Origin: a bacterium
Lineage (GTDB): Bacteria > UBA8248
Direction: 5' to 3'
DNA: 64,000 bases
Assembly (NCBI GenBank): GCA_965207065.1
Contig: OZ242260.1
Location: forward strand, 544,001 to 608,000
Position numbers and translations under genes: made by a program. The notes under the pieces were generated by a model. That model was not told the origin of the DNA, ran no database searches, and saw only the letters and a list, made by a program, of their open reading frames with translations. Shown one piece after another: positions 9,426 to 19,814 of the stretch. The number at the start of each line of letters is the position of its first letter. Positions within the stretch are counted from its first letter, which is position 1.

Positions 9426-10604
9426 ATGAACAGTTCTGCAGGCGCGCTAAGCGCCGAATCGAAAAAATGGGTCGACCTTGCAGATTCACTGGCGCAGGAG
9501 AAATTCGCCCCGCGCGCGAAGATGATCGACGAGGAATCACGCTTTCCAGTCGAGAATTATCAGGATCTGGCCGACGCCGGCCTTCTCGCCCTCATGGTGC
9601 CCAGGGAATTCGGCGGCATCGGTGCGGATTCGCTCACCTATGTCACCGTACTCTCAAAGATCGCGAAAGGCTGTGCCTCTACGGGCCTCACCTTCAACAT
9701 GCACAGCGCCGTCGTGGATTTTCTGGGGCAAATCGCCTCCCAGGATCAGATGGAGAGCTACTTCTCGGAAGTGGTGAACAAAGGCGCTATCTTCGCCTCC
9801 ATTACGAGCGAGCCGGGTAGTTCCTTCCGCGACAAGTTGGCGGTGCGCACTTCCATTCGCGAGGATAACGGCCTCTACCGCCTTCATGGAAAGAAACATT
9901 TCTGCTCTCTCTCCACGGGGGCGACTTATTACTTCACCTGGAGTTACCTCGACGGCGCGGAAACCCTGCAGGAAGGCCTTCTGAACGTGATGGTTCCCTC
10001 CTCGAGAGAGAACATCGAAATCATCGACGATTGGCACACCATCGGCATGCGGGGAACAGCATCGAACTCCCTGATGTTTCACGACGTCGCCGTGGAGCCA
10101 TCCGAGATCATCGGGGAACCCGGCAGTATACTCGGCAAAGACATGAGCATGTGGTCACTGGGCTATACAGCCGTCTACATCGGCATCGCGGAGGCGGCGT
10201 ATCAGTTCACGGTGGATTACGTGAAGAAAACGAAATCCGGCATGGGGGTTCCTCTCGGAGAGCTGGACCGCACACAGCGTCAGATCGGCGAGATGGCTAT
10301 GCTGCTCGAGAACGCGCGTCGCGCGGCAGAGAAACTGGGCGCGCTCAGGGGAAATCTCGGGAAGATGGAACTGACCTTCATACTCAACCAGGCGAAGTAC
10401 CTGGCGACCGAAGCCGCAAAGGAACTCGCCGAGCAGGGAATCCGCCTTTGCGGCGGACGCGGGCTTCACCGCTCCCTGCCGCTCGAGCGTCACTTGAGAG
10501 ATGCGGTGGCAGGCATCGTCATGCCGCCCGCCAACGACCGCTGCCTCGAAACCATCGGGCAAATCGCTTTGGGACGCGAAGCAAAAACGCTCGACTTTCA
10601 GTAG
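9426..10604 (+). CDS. Acyl-CoA dehydrogenase-fold protein, probably flavin-dependent monooxygenase (DszC/SfnB-like)
   Basis: GCASTGLTFNMHS, DDWHTIGMRGTASN, PLERHLRDA; lacks the RxQFG motif of true ACADs. Confidence 0.75.
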   Translation: MNSSAGALSAESKKWVDLADSLAQEKFAPRAKMIDEESRFPVENYQDLADAGLLALMVPREFGGIGADSLTYVTVLSKIAKGCASTGLTFNMHSAVVDFLGQIASQDQMESYFSEVVNKGAIFASITSEPGSSFRDKLAVRTSIREDNGLYRLHGKKHFCSLSTGATYYFTWSYLDGAETLQEGLLNVMVPSSRENIEIIDDWHTIGMRGTASNSLMFHDVAVEPSEIIGEPGSILGKDMSMWSLGYTAVYIGIAEAAYQFTVDYVKKTKSGMGVPLGELDRTQRQIGEMAMLLENARRAAEKLGALRGNLGKMELTFILNQAKYLATEAAKELAEQGIRLCGGRGLHRSLPLERHLRDAVAGIVMPPANDRCLETIGQIALGREAKTLDFQ

Positions 10605-10689
10605 CGATTCCCTCACAGACCTCTTATCCTCAATAGCCTAAGCCAGCGAACACTTCTACCTGCGCGCATCCACGAATACGGATGATACC

Positions 10690-12246
10690 CTATCCCCTCG
10701 TTCCAGCACTCCCCGCACGACGCGGATCGCCGAAGGCAGAGAGCCGTCCGCCATCTCCCACCTCCACGGCGTGCACGCCACCGAAGAAGTGGTGGGGATA
10801 CGAATAGGTCGAAACCTCGAAACCGCTTTGGCGCGCAGATTCCAGTACCGCCTCATCCACCGCATCCTCGGCATGGAGGGGGCCTAAATCCAAGTGCATG
10901 CGGGGAGCCTCTACCGCTTCTTTAAGGGTCATGTTCCGGTAAAGCAGGTTCAGGATTACCTGGGCCACTGCCGTGGGGATCCGGTACGAACCAGGACTGC
11001 CAACACCTAAGCGTAATTTCTCCCCCTCGAAAACGAGGGTGGGAGCATAACCCGCCATCGGGCGTTTTCCTGCGCCCAGGGAATTTCCGTGACCCGGGCG
11101 GGGGTCCATCCAGTTCGTGTGGTTGTTCAAGATAACGCCCGTTCCCGGCGGCACGACGCCTGAGCCCCACCCCATACCCAGAGTCTGCGTCTGGCAGACT
11201 ACGTTGCCCCGAGGATCCACAACCGTGAAGTGGGTGGTAGAGCCCGGCTCCGCGTCGTGAACGTGAACACTGGAGGATCGCTCCTCAACTATCGCGGCAG
11301 CGGCATATTCTTTACTCAGGAGGCGAGCTATCGGCATGTCGTAATGGTACGGGTCGCCATAGACCGAGAACCTGTCGCGAAAAGCCGCGCGCATGGCGCG
11401 CGCGAGGGCCAGGCCTCGTGCGGGTTCATCCGCCGCATCCCATTCGGGCAGCAGGACTTCGAGGAAATTCAATATCTGTATCAGGAGCAGGCCGGAAGAA
11501 GGCGGCGGCGCGGTGAGGAAACGCAAGTCCCGATAACGGGAGGCGAGCGGCGCCATCCAGCGCACGCGGTAGTTTTTGAGATCGGACTCCCTTAGATAAC
11601 CGCCGCCGCTCCTCACCTCCTCCGCTATCGTTTCTGCGACTGCGTCCTCGTAAAAAGCGTACGCCCCTTTTTCTGCGATTACGCGCAGCGTTTTCGTCAA
11701 ATCCGGCTGGCGCAAGAGCGCGCCTTTATTAAGCGGCTCTCCGGATGCCGTGTGGATCTTCCCGAGTTCGGGATATGCCGTACAAAGCACCTTAAAGCGA
11801 GGCTCCTCCTGCTGGCGGCGATAGAACCAGCCGACCTTAAAGCCCTCATCCGCCAGGCGGATCGCGCTTGCAAATAAATCTCCCCAGGATTTGCTTCCAT
11901 ATTCGCTGTGAATCGCCTCGAGACCGCGCAACAGACCAGGAACCAGGATGGACCGATGGCCCCGACTATGCGCGTCGTCTGTGTGTTGTCCGTTTTCATC
12001 GCACTCGAATATGCCGGGCTCCATGCCTATGGGGCATTCGTTGCTGAAATCGACGAACCTGGCTCTTTGCTCCTCCTCCCGCCAGATGAGCGCCACGCCG
12101 CCGCCGCCCAGCCCGGAATAGAATGGCTCCGCCACGCCAAGGGCCAGGGATACGGCAACTGCCGCATCGCAGGCGTCTCCTCCCTTTTCCATGACGCGCA
12201 AACCCGCTTCCACCACTTTTTCATGAGCCGCCGCTACGGCGAACAT
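10690..12246 (-). CDS. ggt: Gamma-glutamyltransferase family protein (no signal peptide)
   Basis: GGDACDAAVA, SGLGGGG, TTHFTVVD (N-terminal nucleophile Thr), GSPGS, DPRR. Confidence 0.9.
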   Translation of the reverse strand: MFAVAAAHEKVVEAGLRVMEKGGDACDAAVAVSLALGVAEPFYSGLGGGGVALIWREEEQRARFVDFSNECPIGMEPGIFECDENGQHTDDAHSRGHRSILVPGLLRGLEAIHSEYGSKSWGDLFASAIRLADEGFKVGWFYRRQQEEPRFKVLCTAYPELGKIHTASGEPLNKGALLRQPDLTKTLRVIAEKGAYAFYEDAVAETIAEEVRSGGGYLRESDLKNYRVRWMAPLASRYRDLRFLTAPPPSSGLLLIQILNFLEVLLPEWDAADEPARGLALARAMRAAFRDRFSVYGDPYHYDMPIARLLSKEYAAAAIVEERSSSVHVHDAEPGSTTHFTVVDPRGNVVCQTQTLGMGWGSGVVPPGTGVILNNHTNWMDPRPGHGNSLGAGKRPMAGYAPTLVFEGEKLRLGVGSPGSYRIPTAVAQVILNLLYRNMTLKEAVEAPRMHLDLGPLHAEDAVDEAVLESARQSGFEVSTYSYPHHFFGGVHAVEVGDGGRLSAFGDPRRAGSAGTRG

Positions 12247-12465
12247 ACGACTTCCTCTCGTTTTTCTTAGATCATCTCTTTTAGAGGATTATAAGCACAC
12301 CGAGGCTCCAGGGCGCATCCATGGACGTGTAGTGCACCGCATTATGTCAATTTTTGGCTATCAACGATGACAAAACTGCATTATTTGCTGTAGTTTAGGC
12401 GGGTTACCTTCAAATATCGCCGCGTTTTGTATAATCGGCACGTTATTGAGCCACGGACATCTGTG

Positions 12466-13812
12466 ATGACGGACAAACCGCCTGATGGAGAAAATCCCTC
12501 CGTTTCCGGTCCTTCCCAAAAGGAAAGAGGACCATCGCCCGGTGAAAACCGGCGACCCCGGAAAAAACGCTTTACGTTCTCATTCGTCAGGAAGTTCCTC
12601 CTCTTCCTGACCCTTGCCGTGGGCCTCTTCTTCGCCGCCGAGGCGGGATATTTCTGGTGGCAGAACTGGGAGCGATTCGTCTCGACGGATAACGCCTACG
12701 TCAAGAGCACGCTAACTCCTGTGAGCACCGAAATCGCGGGCGTGGTGAAGAAACTCCTGGTCAAGGACAACCAGGCGGTTCGGATAGGAGAGCTCCTCGT
12801 CGTCCTCGACAAGCGGCGTCATGAGGTCGCCCTCCAAAAAGCCAAGGCCGCCGTTGCCGTTGCCCGTGCGAAGTATGAGGCGAGCAAGGTGTCCGTCACC
12901 CATTCCATGGGCCGAGCCACAGGTCTTCAGCAGGAAGCTCGCGCACGCCGCGAGACTCTGAGGCGCACTCTCCGCTCGGCCCGCGCTCTGCTCATTCAAA
13001 GAAAAAACGAAACGCGTGCCCATGCGGCCACGAAGAAACAGGCGCGCGAGGATTTGAACAGAAAACTGCGTCTGCATGGCCAGAAAATTATCTCGGATGA
13101 AAACTTGGCACTTGTACGCGCTTCCCATGATGTCGCCAGGGCGAATTACGATGCTTCCCAGGCCGCGCTCAACGTGGAAGAAAACAAGGTTTCGGCAATC
13201 GTCAACCAGATGGAAGAGGCGCAGGCCTCCGTGGCGCTAGCGGAAAACGAGGACCGCTCCCGGCGCATGAAGAGCCATGACGCCGATTCCTTGAAAGCCG
13301 AACTTGAAGAAGCTCTGGCCGACTACAAGGAGAAAGAACTTCTCCTCTCCTATACCGAGATTCGCGCGCCCGTATCCGGCTACGTGGAGAAATCCGTCGA
13401 CCCGGGTACTTTCGTACAGCCCGGGCGCCCGTTGCTGCTCATTGTTCAACTCGAGAAGGCATACATCCGGGCGAATTTCAAGGAAATCAAACTCGAAGGC
13501 ATCCACGTGGGCCAGCCCGCCGAAATCGTTCTCGACGCCTACCCGAACCGTACGTTCAAGGGCCATATTGCGAGCCTGTACTCGGGAACGGGTGAGACCT
13601 TCTCCCTCCTACCGCCTGAGAACGCGACCGGCAACTGGGTCAAGGTCACCCGTCGCATTCCCGTGAAGATCCTGCTGGACGAAAAGCCTCCCAAGAACTT
13701 CCCCCTTCTGGTCGGCATGTCCGCCTACGTGACCGTGGACACAAAAATACGGCGCGGTCCCCGACTGCTGGCGTACCCTGTGGACAAGAAACCGCAAAAC
13801 CAAAAACCTTGA
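12466..13812 (+). CDS. emrA: EmrA/HlyD family efflux periplasmic adaptor
   Basis: N-terminal TM, STDNAYV, coiled coil, IRAPVSG, FSLLPPENATGNWVKV. Confidence 0.9.
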   Translation: MTDKPPDGENPSVSGPSQKERGPSPGENRRPRKKRFTFSFVRKFLLFLTLAVGLFFAAEAGYFWWQNWERFVSTDNAYVKSTLTPVSTEIAGVVKKLLVKDNQAVRIGELLVVLDKRRHEVALQKAKAAVAVARAKYEASKVSVTHSMGRATGLQQEARARRETLRRTLRSARALLIQRKNETRAHAATKKQAREDLNRKLRLHGQKIISDENLALVRASHDVARANYDASQAALNVEENKVSAIVNQMEEAQASVALAENEDRSRRMKSHDADSLKAELEEALADYKEKELLLSYTEIRAPVSGYVEKSVDPGTFVQPGRPLLLIVQLEKAYIRANFKEIKLEGIHVGQPAEIVLDAYPNRTFKGHIASLYSGTGETFSLLPPENATGNWVKVTRRIPVKILLDEKPPKNFPLLVGMSAYVTVDTKIRRGPRLLAYPVDKKPQNQKP

Positions 13813-15392
13813 ACGCAAAAACGACTTCATCCACTCCCGGAAGCGGAGGGGAAGCCACCGCGGAAACAAGTTATCCATCCCCCTTCAACCGCGCGATGAT
13901 TACGCTCGCGGTCGTTTCAGCAGCGTTTATATCCATAATGGACGCCAGCATCGTCAACGTGGTAATGCCGCACATGCGCGGTTCGTTCAACGTCGATCTG
14001 TCCACCATCACCTGGGTGGCGACCATCTACACCATCGCCCAGATCATCACGATCACCATGTCAGCCTGGTGGAGCACTCTGCTGGGACGAAAGCGTTATT
14101 TTCTCATCTCCTTCATCTTGTTCACACTGGCGTCGATTCTCGTCGGCACCTCGCAAACCTTCACGCAGATGCTTGTCTACCGCATCCTGCAAGGACTCGG
14201 CGGCGGGGGGCTCATACCTGTCGCGCAGGCGATATTGCGCGAAACCTATCCAGCGAACAGGCAAGGCTGGGCGATGGCGATGTTCGCGGCGGGTGTGGTT
14301 CTTGCGCCCGCGATGGGCCCGGTAGTGGGCGGGTGGATCACGGAAACGCTAAGCTGGCCATGGGTTTTTTACATCAACGTGCCCGTCGCCGCCGTGGGAC
14401 TGGCCCTCGTTTCCATCTACGTGTACGACCCGCCCCACATGAAGCGAGGAATCAACAAGGTGGACTGGATGGGCATCATCCTGATCGGGGTCGGCCTCAC
14501 CGCGCTCCAGGTCGTCCTCGAGCGAGGACAGGACGAGGACTGGTTCGACTCCAACCTCATCATCGTGATGACGATAGTAACCATCATCACCCTGACGGCG
14601 CTGGTCATATGGGAGCTCAGGACGGAAGAACCCATCATCGATTTCAGGGTTCTTAAAAACCTGAACCTGAGCGCCTCGTGCATCGTGGTGCTGATCTTCG
14701 GAGTCATAATGTTCGGGACCACCTTCATCCTGCCGCAATTTCTCCAAAACCTGCTCAATCACGGCCCCTATGAAACCGGTCTCGTCATGCTGCCAAGGGG
14801 TATCGCGCTCTTCTGCATGATGCCCATCGTGGGTCACCTGTACAACCTTGTGGACTACAGGATATTGATGTGCGGAGGCGTAGCGCTGGCCGTCACCTCC
14901 ATGTTTCTGATGTCGGGGCTCTCGTTGCAAACGGATTACTGGGATATGGTGTCGCGCCTCGTCATTCTGGGGTTCGGCATGCCCTTCGTCTTCGTTACTC
15001 TGACGACCGTCGCCTTCAGCACCACCGCGGTGGCCGATATCAACTCCGCCACGAGCCTCTACAACCTGGCGCGCCGTCTGGGCGGCAACCTGGGATTCGC
15101 CGTGATGGCGATACTACTCGAGCGGCGCACAGCCCTTCATCGCGTGAACATGGTGGGGAACATCACCGAGTCGAACCCCACGTTTCTTCACTATAAGGAA
15201 ACACTCACGGAAATGCTCGTCCGCAAGCAGATCGACCCCCACACCGCGCAAACCAAGGCGATGGGCCTCATCGAGCAAACCATCGATAAGCAAGCCACCA
15301 TGCTCGCTTATAACGACATCTACTGGGTCATGGGATGGAGCTTCATATTCGTCATCCCTTTCATTCTGGTGCTGAGAGCCAAGCAGGTGTGA
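13809..15392 (+). CDS. emrB: EmrB/QacA DHA2 family MFS efflux permease
   Basis: MDASIVNV, RILQGLGGG, GPVVGGWITE..SWPWVFYINVP, LERGQDEDWF; overlaps the emrA stop. Confidence 0.92.
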   Translation: MNAKTTSSTPGSGGEATAETSYPSPFNRAMITLAVVSAAFISIMDASIVNVVMPHMRGSFNVDLSTITWVATIYTIAQIITITMSAWWSTLLGRKRYFLISFILFTLASILVGTSQTFTQMLVYRILQGLGGGGLIPVAQAILRETYPANRQGWAMAMFAAGVVLAPAMGPVVGGWITETLSWPWVFYINVPVAAVGLALVSIYVYDPPHMKRGINKVDWMGIILIGVGLTALQVVLERGQDEDWFDSNLIIVMTIVTIITLTALVIWELRTEEPIIDFRVLKNLNLSASCIVVLIFGVIMFGTTFILPQFLQNLLNHGPYETGLVMLPRGIALFCMMPIVGHLYNLVDYRILMCGGVALAVTSMFLMSGLSLQTDYWDMVSRLVILGFGMPFVFVTLTTVAFSTTAVADINSATSLYNLARRLGGNLGFAVMAILLERRTALHRVNMVGNITESNPTFLHYKETLTEMLVRKQIDPHTAQTKAMGLIEQTIDKQATMLAYNDIYWVMGWSFIFVIPFILVLRAKQV

Positions 15393-15486
15393 GGTTCGTC
15401 CGACCGCCAGAAAATGCGAACGAAACAGTAATGCTTACAGAGACGGCAGGTTGAATGCTCTGGATATGAAGCGCGAAAAGCGAGGA

Positions 15487-15585
15487 TTACTTCTTGGGGT
15501 AAATCCCGAACGGATCCTTGAGCAGCACCTTCCAGACGAAAATAATAACGACCACGGCCAATATGATGATCGAAAGGGTTTCCAT
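15487..15585 (-). CDS. Small single-pass membrane protein (32 aa)
   Basis: METLSIIILAVVVIIFVWKVLLKDPFGIYPKK; AGGAG upstream; one TM helix followed by a basic tail. Confidence 0.6.
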   Translation of the reverse strand: METLSIIILAVVVIIFVWKVLLKDPFGIYPKK

Positions 15586-15617
15586 ATAGAACCGATTCTC
15601 CTATGAGTGCGTGAATC

Positions 15618-15694
15618 TGGTGGGTCGCCGGGGAATCGAACCCCGAACCTACGGATTAAGAGTCCGTTGCTCTGCCTAGTTGAGCTAGCGACCC
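15618..15694 (-). tRNA. tRNA-Lys(CTT)
   Basis: GGGTCGCTAGCTCAACTAGGCAGAGCAACGGACTCTTAATCCGTAGGTTCGGGGTTCGATTCCCCGGCGACCCACCA; cloverleaf with encoded CCA. Confidence 0.97.
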
Positions 15695-15906
15695 GATATT
15701 TGAATCATCGCCGAGCGGCGATAGTCAAACCAGAAGTTAGCACAGCGTCCCCTCATAACAAAACCGGTGCGGCTCATCAACTCTTGAGCGCTCCAGAGGG
15801 GGACTCAGCCTTTCACCGCTGGATGGAAATTCCTCCAAGAGATCATGAAGCCGCGCATTCCGGGTTCCCGCTCGCCCGACGGCTCGCGCACTTCTTTCGG
15901 GTACGC

Positions 15907-17229
15907 CTATCTTTCGGGAATCAGGCCACGGGGGCTGAAGCGCAAAACCAGCAACAGGATCACACCCATGATCATCAGCCGCATGTGAGCCGCGCTTTCC
16001 ATCAGATGACGACGAATCGGGCTGTCTTGCGCGAGTCCCGAGGTGAGCAGGTCCATCAACCAAAGACCAATGGGTTCGGCCTCTATCCAGAAGAACCAGA
16101 TGACAAAACCGCCCAGAACAGCGCCCCAGTTGTTCCCTGACCCGCCGACGATGACCATCACCCAGATAATGAAGGTAAAGCGCAGCGGCTGGTAGGAGGC
16201 AGGCGTGAACTGCCCGTCCAGGGTGGTGAGCATGGCCCCGGCGACGCCGACCACCGCCGAACCCAGAACGAACACCTGCAGATGGCGTCCCGTGATGTCC
16301 TTGCCCATTGCGGAAGCGGCGATTTCGTTGTCTCTGATGGCGCGCATCATACGGCCCCACGGCGAATGGAGCGCCCGCTCGGAAAGCCACAAAACCACAA
16401 TAAGAACAATCAAGAACAGTCCCGCGTATGATAACTTGACAAAGATGGAGGAAAACTCCACGGGCGATGCGCCCAGACGGGCGGCCCAGTCCTGGAACCA
16501 GAGAGCCTGCTGAAGATCCACCTCATAAGGTACGGGACGAGGCAACCCACTTACGTTTTTAACGCCTCGGGCCAGCCAGTCCTCGTTTTTCAGGACGGCG
16601 ATGATGATCTCCGAAATGCCCAGCGTGGCGATTGCCAGATAATCGGTCCTGAGGCCTAAGGCGATCTTTCCGATCACCCAGGCGACGGCGGCGGCGAGCA
16701 GACCGCCTGCAACCCAAGAAAGCAGGATGGGGAGCCCGAGACCTCCCAGAAATCCGGCAATTGTCGGGTCCACAGCCTCAATGGCCTCCACCGCGGGAAA
16801 AAAGAACGCCCGCGCGAGAAAAAAGCCGCCGATAATGATGAAAGCGAGGAGGACCTTTCGCGGTATCCCGGCGGGAGCGCGTCTAGCAACAAACACAGCG
16901 GCCAGGATCGTCGCGAGGGAAATCGCAAGGGCGACAATGACGCCGAAGCCGCCCGCTTCCCAGGCCGCCGGAACCGGCGCGATGGAAACGAGAACCGCCG
17001 TCACCCCGCCCAGCGCCGCGAATCCCATAATGCCAATGTTAAATAGGCCGGCGTAGCCCCACTGTATGTTGACGCCCAGAGACATCACCGCCGATATCAG
17101 ACAGAGGTTCAGAATCGCCAGCGCCAGGGACCAGCTCTGGAACACACCGACCACGGCCAGAGCTACGAACATGAAGGCGAACATATATACGGCGCGCAAG
17201 TTCTCTCTCCAGCCGCTCACAGGGCTCAT
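15907..17229 (-). CDS. livM: Branched-chain amino acid ABC transporter permease (LivM-like)
   Basis: LGVNIQWGYAGLFN.G, LRTDYLAIATLG, SPWGRMMRAIRDNE, VGGSGNN.GA; ATGA coupling with livH. Confidence 0.88.
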   Translation of the reverse strand: MSPVSGWRENLRAVYMFAFMFVALAVVGVFQSWSLALAILNLCLISAVMSLGVNIQWGYAGLFNIGIMGFAALGGVTAVLVSIAPVPAAWEAGGFGVIVALAISLATILAAVFVARRAPAGIPRKVLLAFIIIGGFFLARAFFFPAVEAIEAVDPTIAGFLGGLGLPILLSWVAGGLLAAAVAWVIGKIALGLRTDYLAIATLGISEIIIAVLKNEDWLARGVKNVSGLPRPVPYEVDLQQALWFQDWAARLGASPVEFSSIFVKLSYAGLFLIVLIVVLWLSERALHSPWGRMMRAIRDNEIAASAMGKDITGRHLQVFVLGSAVVGVAGAMLTTLDGQFTPASYQPLRFTFIIWVMVIVGGSGNNWGAVLGGFVIWFFWIEAEPIGLWLMDLLTSGLAQDSPIRRHLMESAAHMRLMIMGVILLLVLRFSPRGLIPER

Positions 17230-18239
17230 GAAGATCTCCGTCCAAAAATACCTGTGGGCCGGAGCAGCAGCACCAGCACCAGAATGACGAAGGAAACCGC
17301 GAACTTGTAATCCGTGGACAACAACTGCACCAGCCCTTCCGGCGTCCAGTCTCCGGGTGCGAGATAGCCGACAAATTTCCTGTAGGCGTAGGTGAGAGCG
17401 ACCTCGGAGAAGGCGATGGTGAAACCGCCTACGATTGCGCCCAGCGGGTTGCCCAGACCGCCGACGATGGCGGCGGCGAAGATGGGCAGCAGTAGATTGA
17501 AATAGGTAAACGGCTTGAAACTCTTGTCCAGGCCATACATGACACCTGCTATGGTGGCGAGAGTTGCGGCGATGAACCAGGTGGTACGCACGACCCGTTC
17601 CGGATCGATCCCCGAGAGCAGAGCCAGATCTTCGTTGTCCGAATAAGCGCGCATGGATTTGCCGGTGCGCGTACGGTTCAGAAACCAAAAAAGCGCCGCC
17701 ACCACGATGATAGCCATCAGAATGGTAAGGCCCTGCGTGGTCTTGAAAGCGACGCCTTCGCTAAATCCACTCAGACGCTTGAAGGTCGGGGCAGTGATGA
17801 TGAAACGCTCCCCGTCAACGAACCACCTGTCACCGGGTCCGATGATGAGGCGCACCACGCTGTTGTAGACGAACATCACTCCAACCGAGACGATCATCAA
17901 CACCTCGGGCTTCGCTTTCACCCGGCGATAGAAACGATACACCCAACGATCGATTAACAGGCAAAGAGCGATCGTGCAGAGGACGCCGAACGGTAGGGCC
18001 AAAAGCGCGGTCGGCAGCGGGGCGATCGAAACGCCCCAGTATTGCAGCGCCCATGTGAGCAGGATGGTCGCCATGGCCCCAAAGGCCATCGTGTCGCCCT
18101 GGGCGAAGTCCGAAAAGCGCAAGATGGCGTATATCAAGGTGACGGCCAGAGCCCCGAGCGCCAACTGACTGCCGTACGCCATGGCGGGAACAATGACGAA
18201 GTTCGAGAGCAGGATCAGCGCGTTCAGGATGCCGTCCAT
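17226..18239 (-). CDS. livH: Branched-chain amino acid ABC transporter permease (LivH-like)
   Basis: LTLIY..LRFSDFAQG-type segment, TRTGKSMRA...N..LA.LSGI, AAIVGGLG, LRPTGIFG. Confidence 0.88.
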   Translation of the reverse strand: MDGILNALILLSNFVIVPAMAYGSQLALGALAVTLIYAILRFSDFAQGDTMAFGAMATILLTWALQYWGVSIAPLPTALLALPFGVLCTIALCLLIDRWVYRFYRRVKAKPEVLMIVSVGVMFVYNSVVRLIIGPGDRWFVDGERFIITAPTFKRLSGFSEGVAFKTTQGLTILMAIIVVAALFWFLNRTRTGKSMRAYSDNEDLALLSGIDPERVVRTTWFIAATLATIAGVMYGLDKSFKPFTYFNLLLPIFAAAIVGGLGNPLGAIVGGFTIAFSEVALTYAYRKFVGYLAPGDWTPEGLVQLLSTDYKFAVSFVILVLVLLLRPTGIFGRRSS

Positions 18240-18243
18240 CGCC

Positions 18244-18966
18244 TCAGCCGCCCAGGAACGCCCGGCGGACTTCGGTGTTCATCATCAGGGCCGGACCGGT
18301 GTCGGTGTATCGGTTCCGCCCCTGCACCAGTACGTAGCCCCTGTCGGCGATGCTCAGCGCCTGGCGGGCGTTCTGCTCCACCATCAGAATGGCGATGCCG
18401 TCGCCCGCGATGTAGAGGATCTGCTCGAACAACTCGGTCATCACGATTGGCGAGACCCCCGCCGTGGGCTCATCGAGCATCAACACCTTCGGACGGGTCA
18501 TGAGCGCGCGGCCCACCGCCACCTGCTGGCGCTGGCCGCCGGAAAGCTCACCGGCGAGTTGGCGGCGTTTTTCCTTGAGTACCGGGAAGAGGTCGAACAC
18601 ACGCCCCATCGTGTCCGCTATGTCGCCCTCACGGATGAAGGCCCCCATCTCCAGGTTTTCCTCGACCGTCATGGAGGTGAAGACGTTGCCGGTTTGCGGC
18701 ACCAGACTCATGCCGCGGACGACGCGATCCTGCGGCGACAGCCCGGTGATGTCCTCCCCGCCCAGGCGAACAGTACCCTCGCGCATCCCCAGCATGCCGA
18801 AGAGCGCCTTCATGGCCGTGGATTTGCCCGAGCCGTTAGGGCCGACGACGACCGTTATTTCTCCGCTTCGGGCGCCGATGGTGCACCCGTTCAGAATGTC
18901 CGGCCCGCCGTAGCCGCCGGTCATGTTCTCACCGAGGAGATAATCTTCCGAATCATTCATCGTCAT
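18244..18966 (-). CDS. livF: ABC transporter ATP-binding protein (LivF-like)
   Basis: GPNGSGKST, LSGGQRQ, MLDEPTAG, VEQN. Confidence 0.9.
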   Translation of the reverse strand: MTMNDSEDYLLGENMTGGYGGPDILNGCTIGARSGEITVVVGPNGSGKSTAMKALFGMLGMREGTVRLGGEDITGLSPQDRVVRGMSLVPQTGNVFTSMTVEENLEMGAFIREGDIADTMGRVFDLFPVLKEKRRQLAGELSGGQRQQVAVGRALMTRPKVLMLDEPTAGVSPIVMTELFEQILYIAGDGIAILMVEQNARQALSIADRGYVLVQGRNRYTDTGPALMMNTEVRRAFLGG

Positions 18967-19739
18967 CGGTTCGGCTTGTCTTTGCGTCGCCCGCCCAGAT
19001 AGGCCGTGATGACTTGCTCGTCGGCCTTCACCTCCTCGACGCCGCCCTGTGCGAGAATCGCGCCCTCGGCCATAACGATCACCGGGTCGCAAAGACGCGA
19101 GATGAAATCCATGTCGTGCTCTATCATGCAGAAAGTGTATCCGCGCTCGCGCTGCAAACGCAGAATGGCGTCTCCCAGCGTTTTGAGCAGGGTGCGGTTC
19201 ACACCGGCACCCACTTCATCCAGAAGAACGACCTTGGCGTCGGCCATCATGGTGCGACCAAGTTCCAACAGCTTCTTTTGACCGCCGGAGAGGTTCCCGG
19301 CCAGTTCGTCGGCTACTTGGGTGATTTGAAGAAACTCGATGACTTCCTCGGCCTTGGCGCGAACGCGCTCTTCTTCTGAGCGCACCTTCTCCGGAAGCAA
19401 CCAGGCCCCGAGAAGGTTTTCTCCCGACTGACCCGAGGGCACCATCATGAGGTTTTCGCGAACTGTCAGGGTGGTGAACTCCTGTGCTATCTGGAAGGTA
19501 CGCAACATGCCCATGGCATATAATTCGTGAGGCTGGAGGCCGGTGACGTTCTCACCGTCCAGATAGACGCTACCCGATGTGGGACGATAGACCCCGGCGA
19601 TTACGTTGAACAGCGTGGTTTTACCCGCGCCGTTGGGACCGATGAGCCCAGTGATGCGGCCGCCGTCGATGGACAGGGAAACGCCATCCACGGCGCGAAT
19701 GCCGCCAAAGTGCATGTGGAGATCAACTACCGAGATCAT
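18963..19739 (-). CDS. livG: ABC transporter ATP-binding protein (LivG-like)
   Basis: GPNGAGKTT, LRTFQ, LSGGQKKLLELGR, IEHDM, AYLG. Confidence 0.9.
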   Translation of the reverse strand: MISVVDLHMHFGGIRAVDGVSLSIDGGRITGLIGPNGAGKTTLFNVIAGVYRPTSGSVYLDGENVTGLQPHELYAMGMLRTFQIAQEFTTLTVRENLMMVPSGQSGENLLGAWLLPEKVRSEEERVRAKAEEVIEFLQITQVADELAGNLSGGQKKLLELGRTMMADAKVVLLDEVGAGVNRTLLKTLGDAILRLQRERGYTFCMIEHDMDFISRLCDPVIVMAEGAILAQGGVEEVKADEQVITAYLGGRRKDKPNR

Positions 19740-19814
19740 GAGATCCACAAAGAACGCCCGGTCTCATCGCCCGGGCGTTCTCCCATGGAACGGACCACGA
19801 ACAACCGATCCTGT

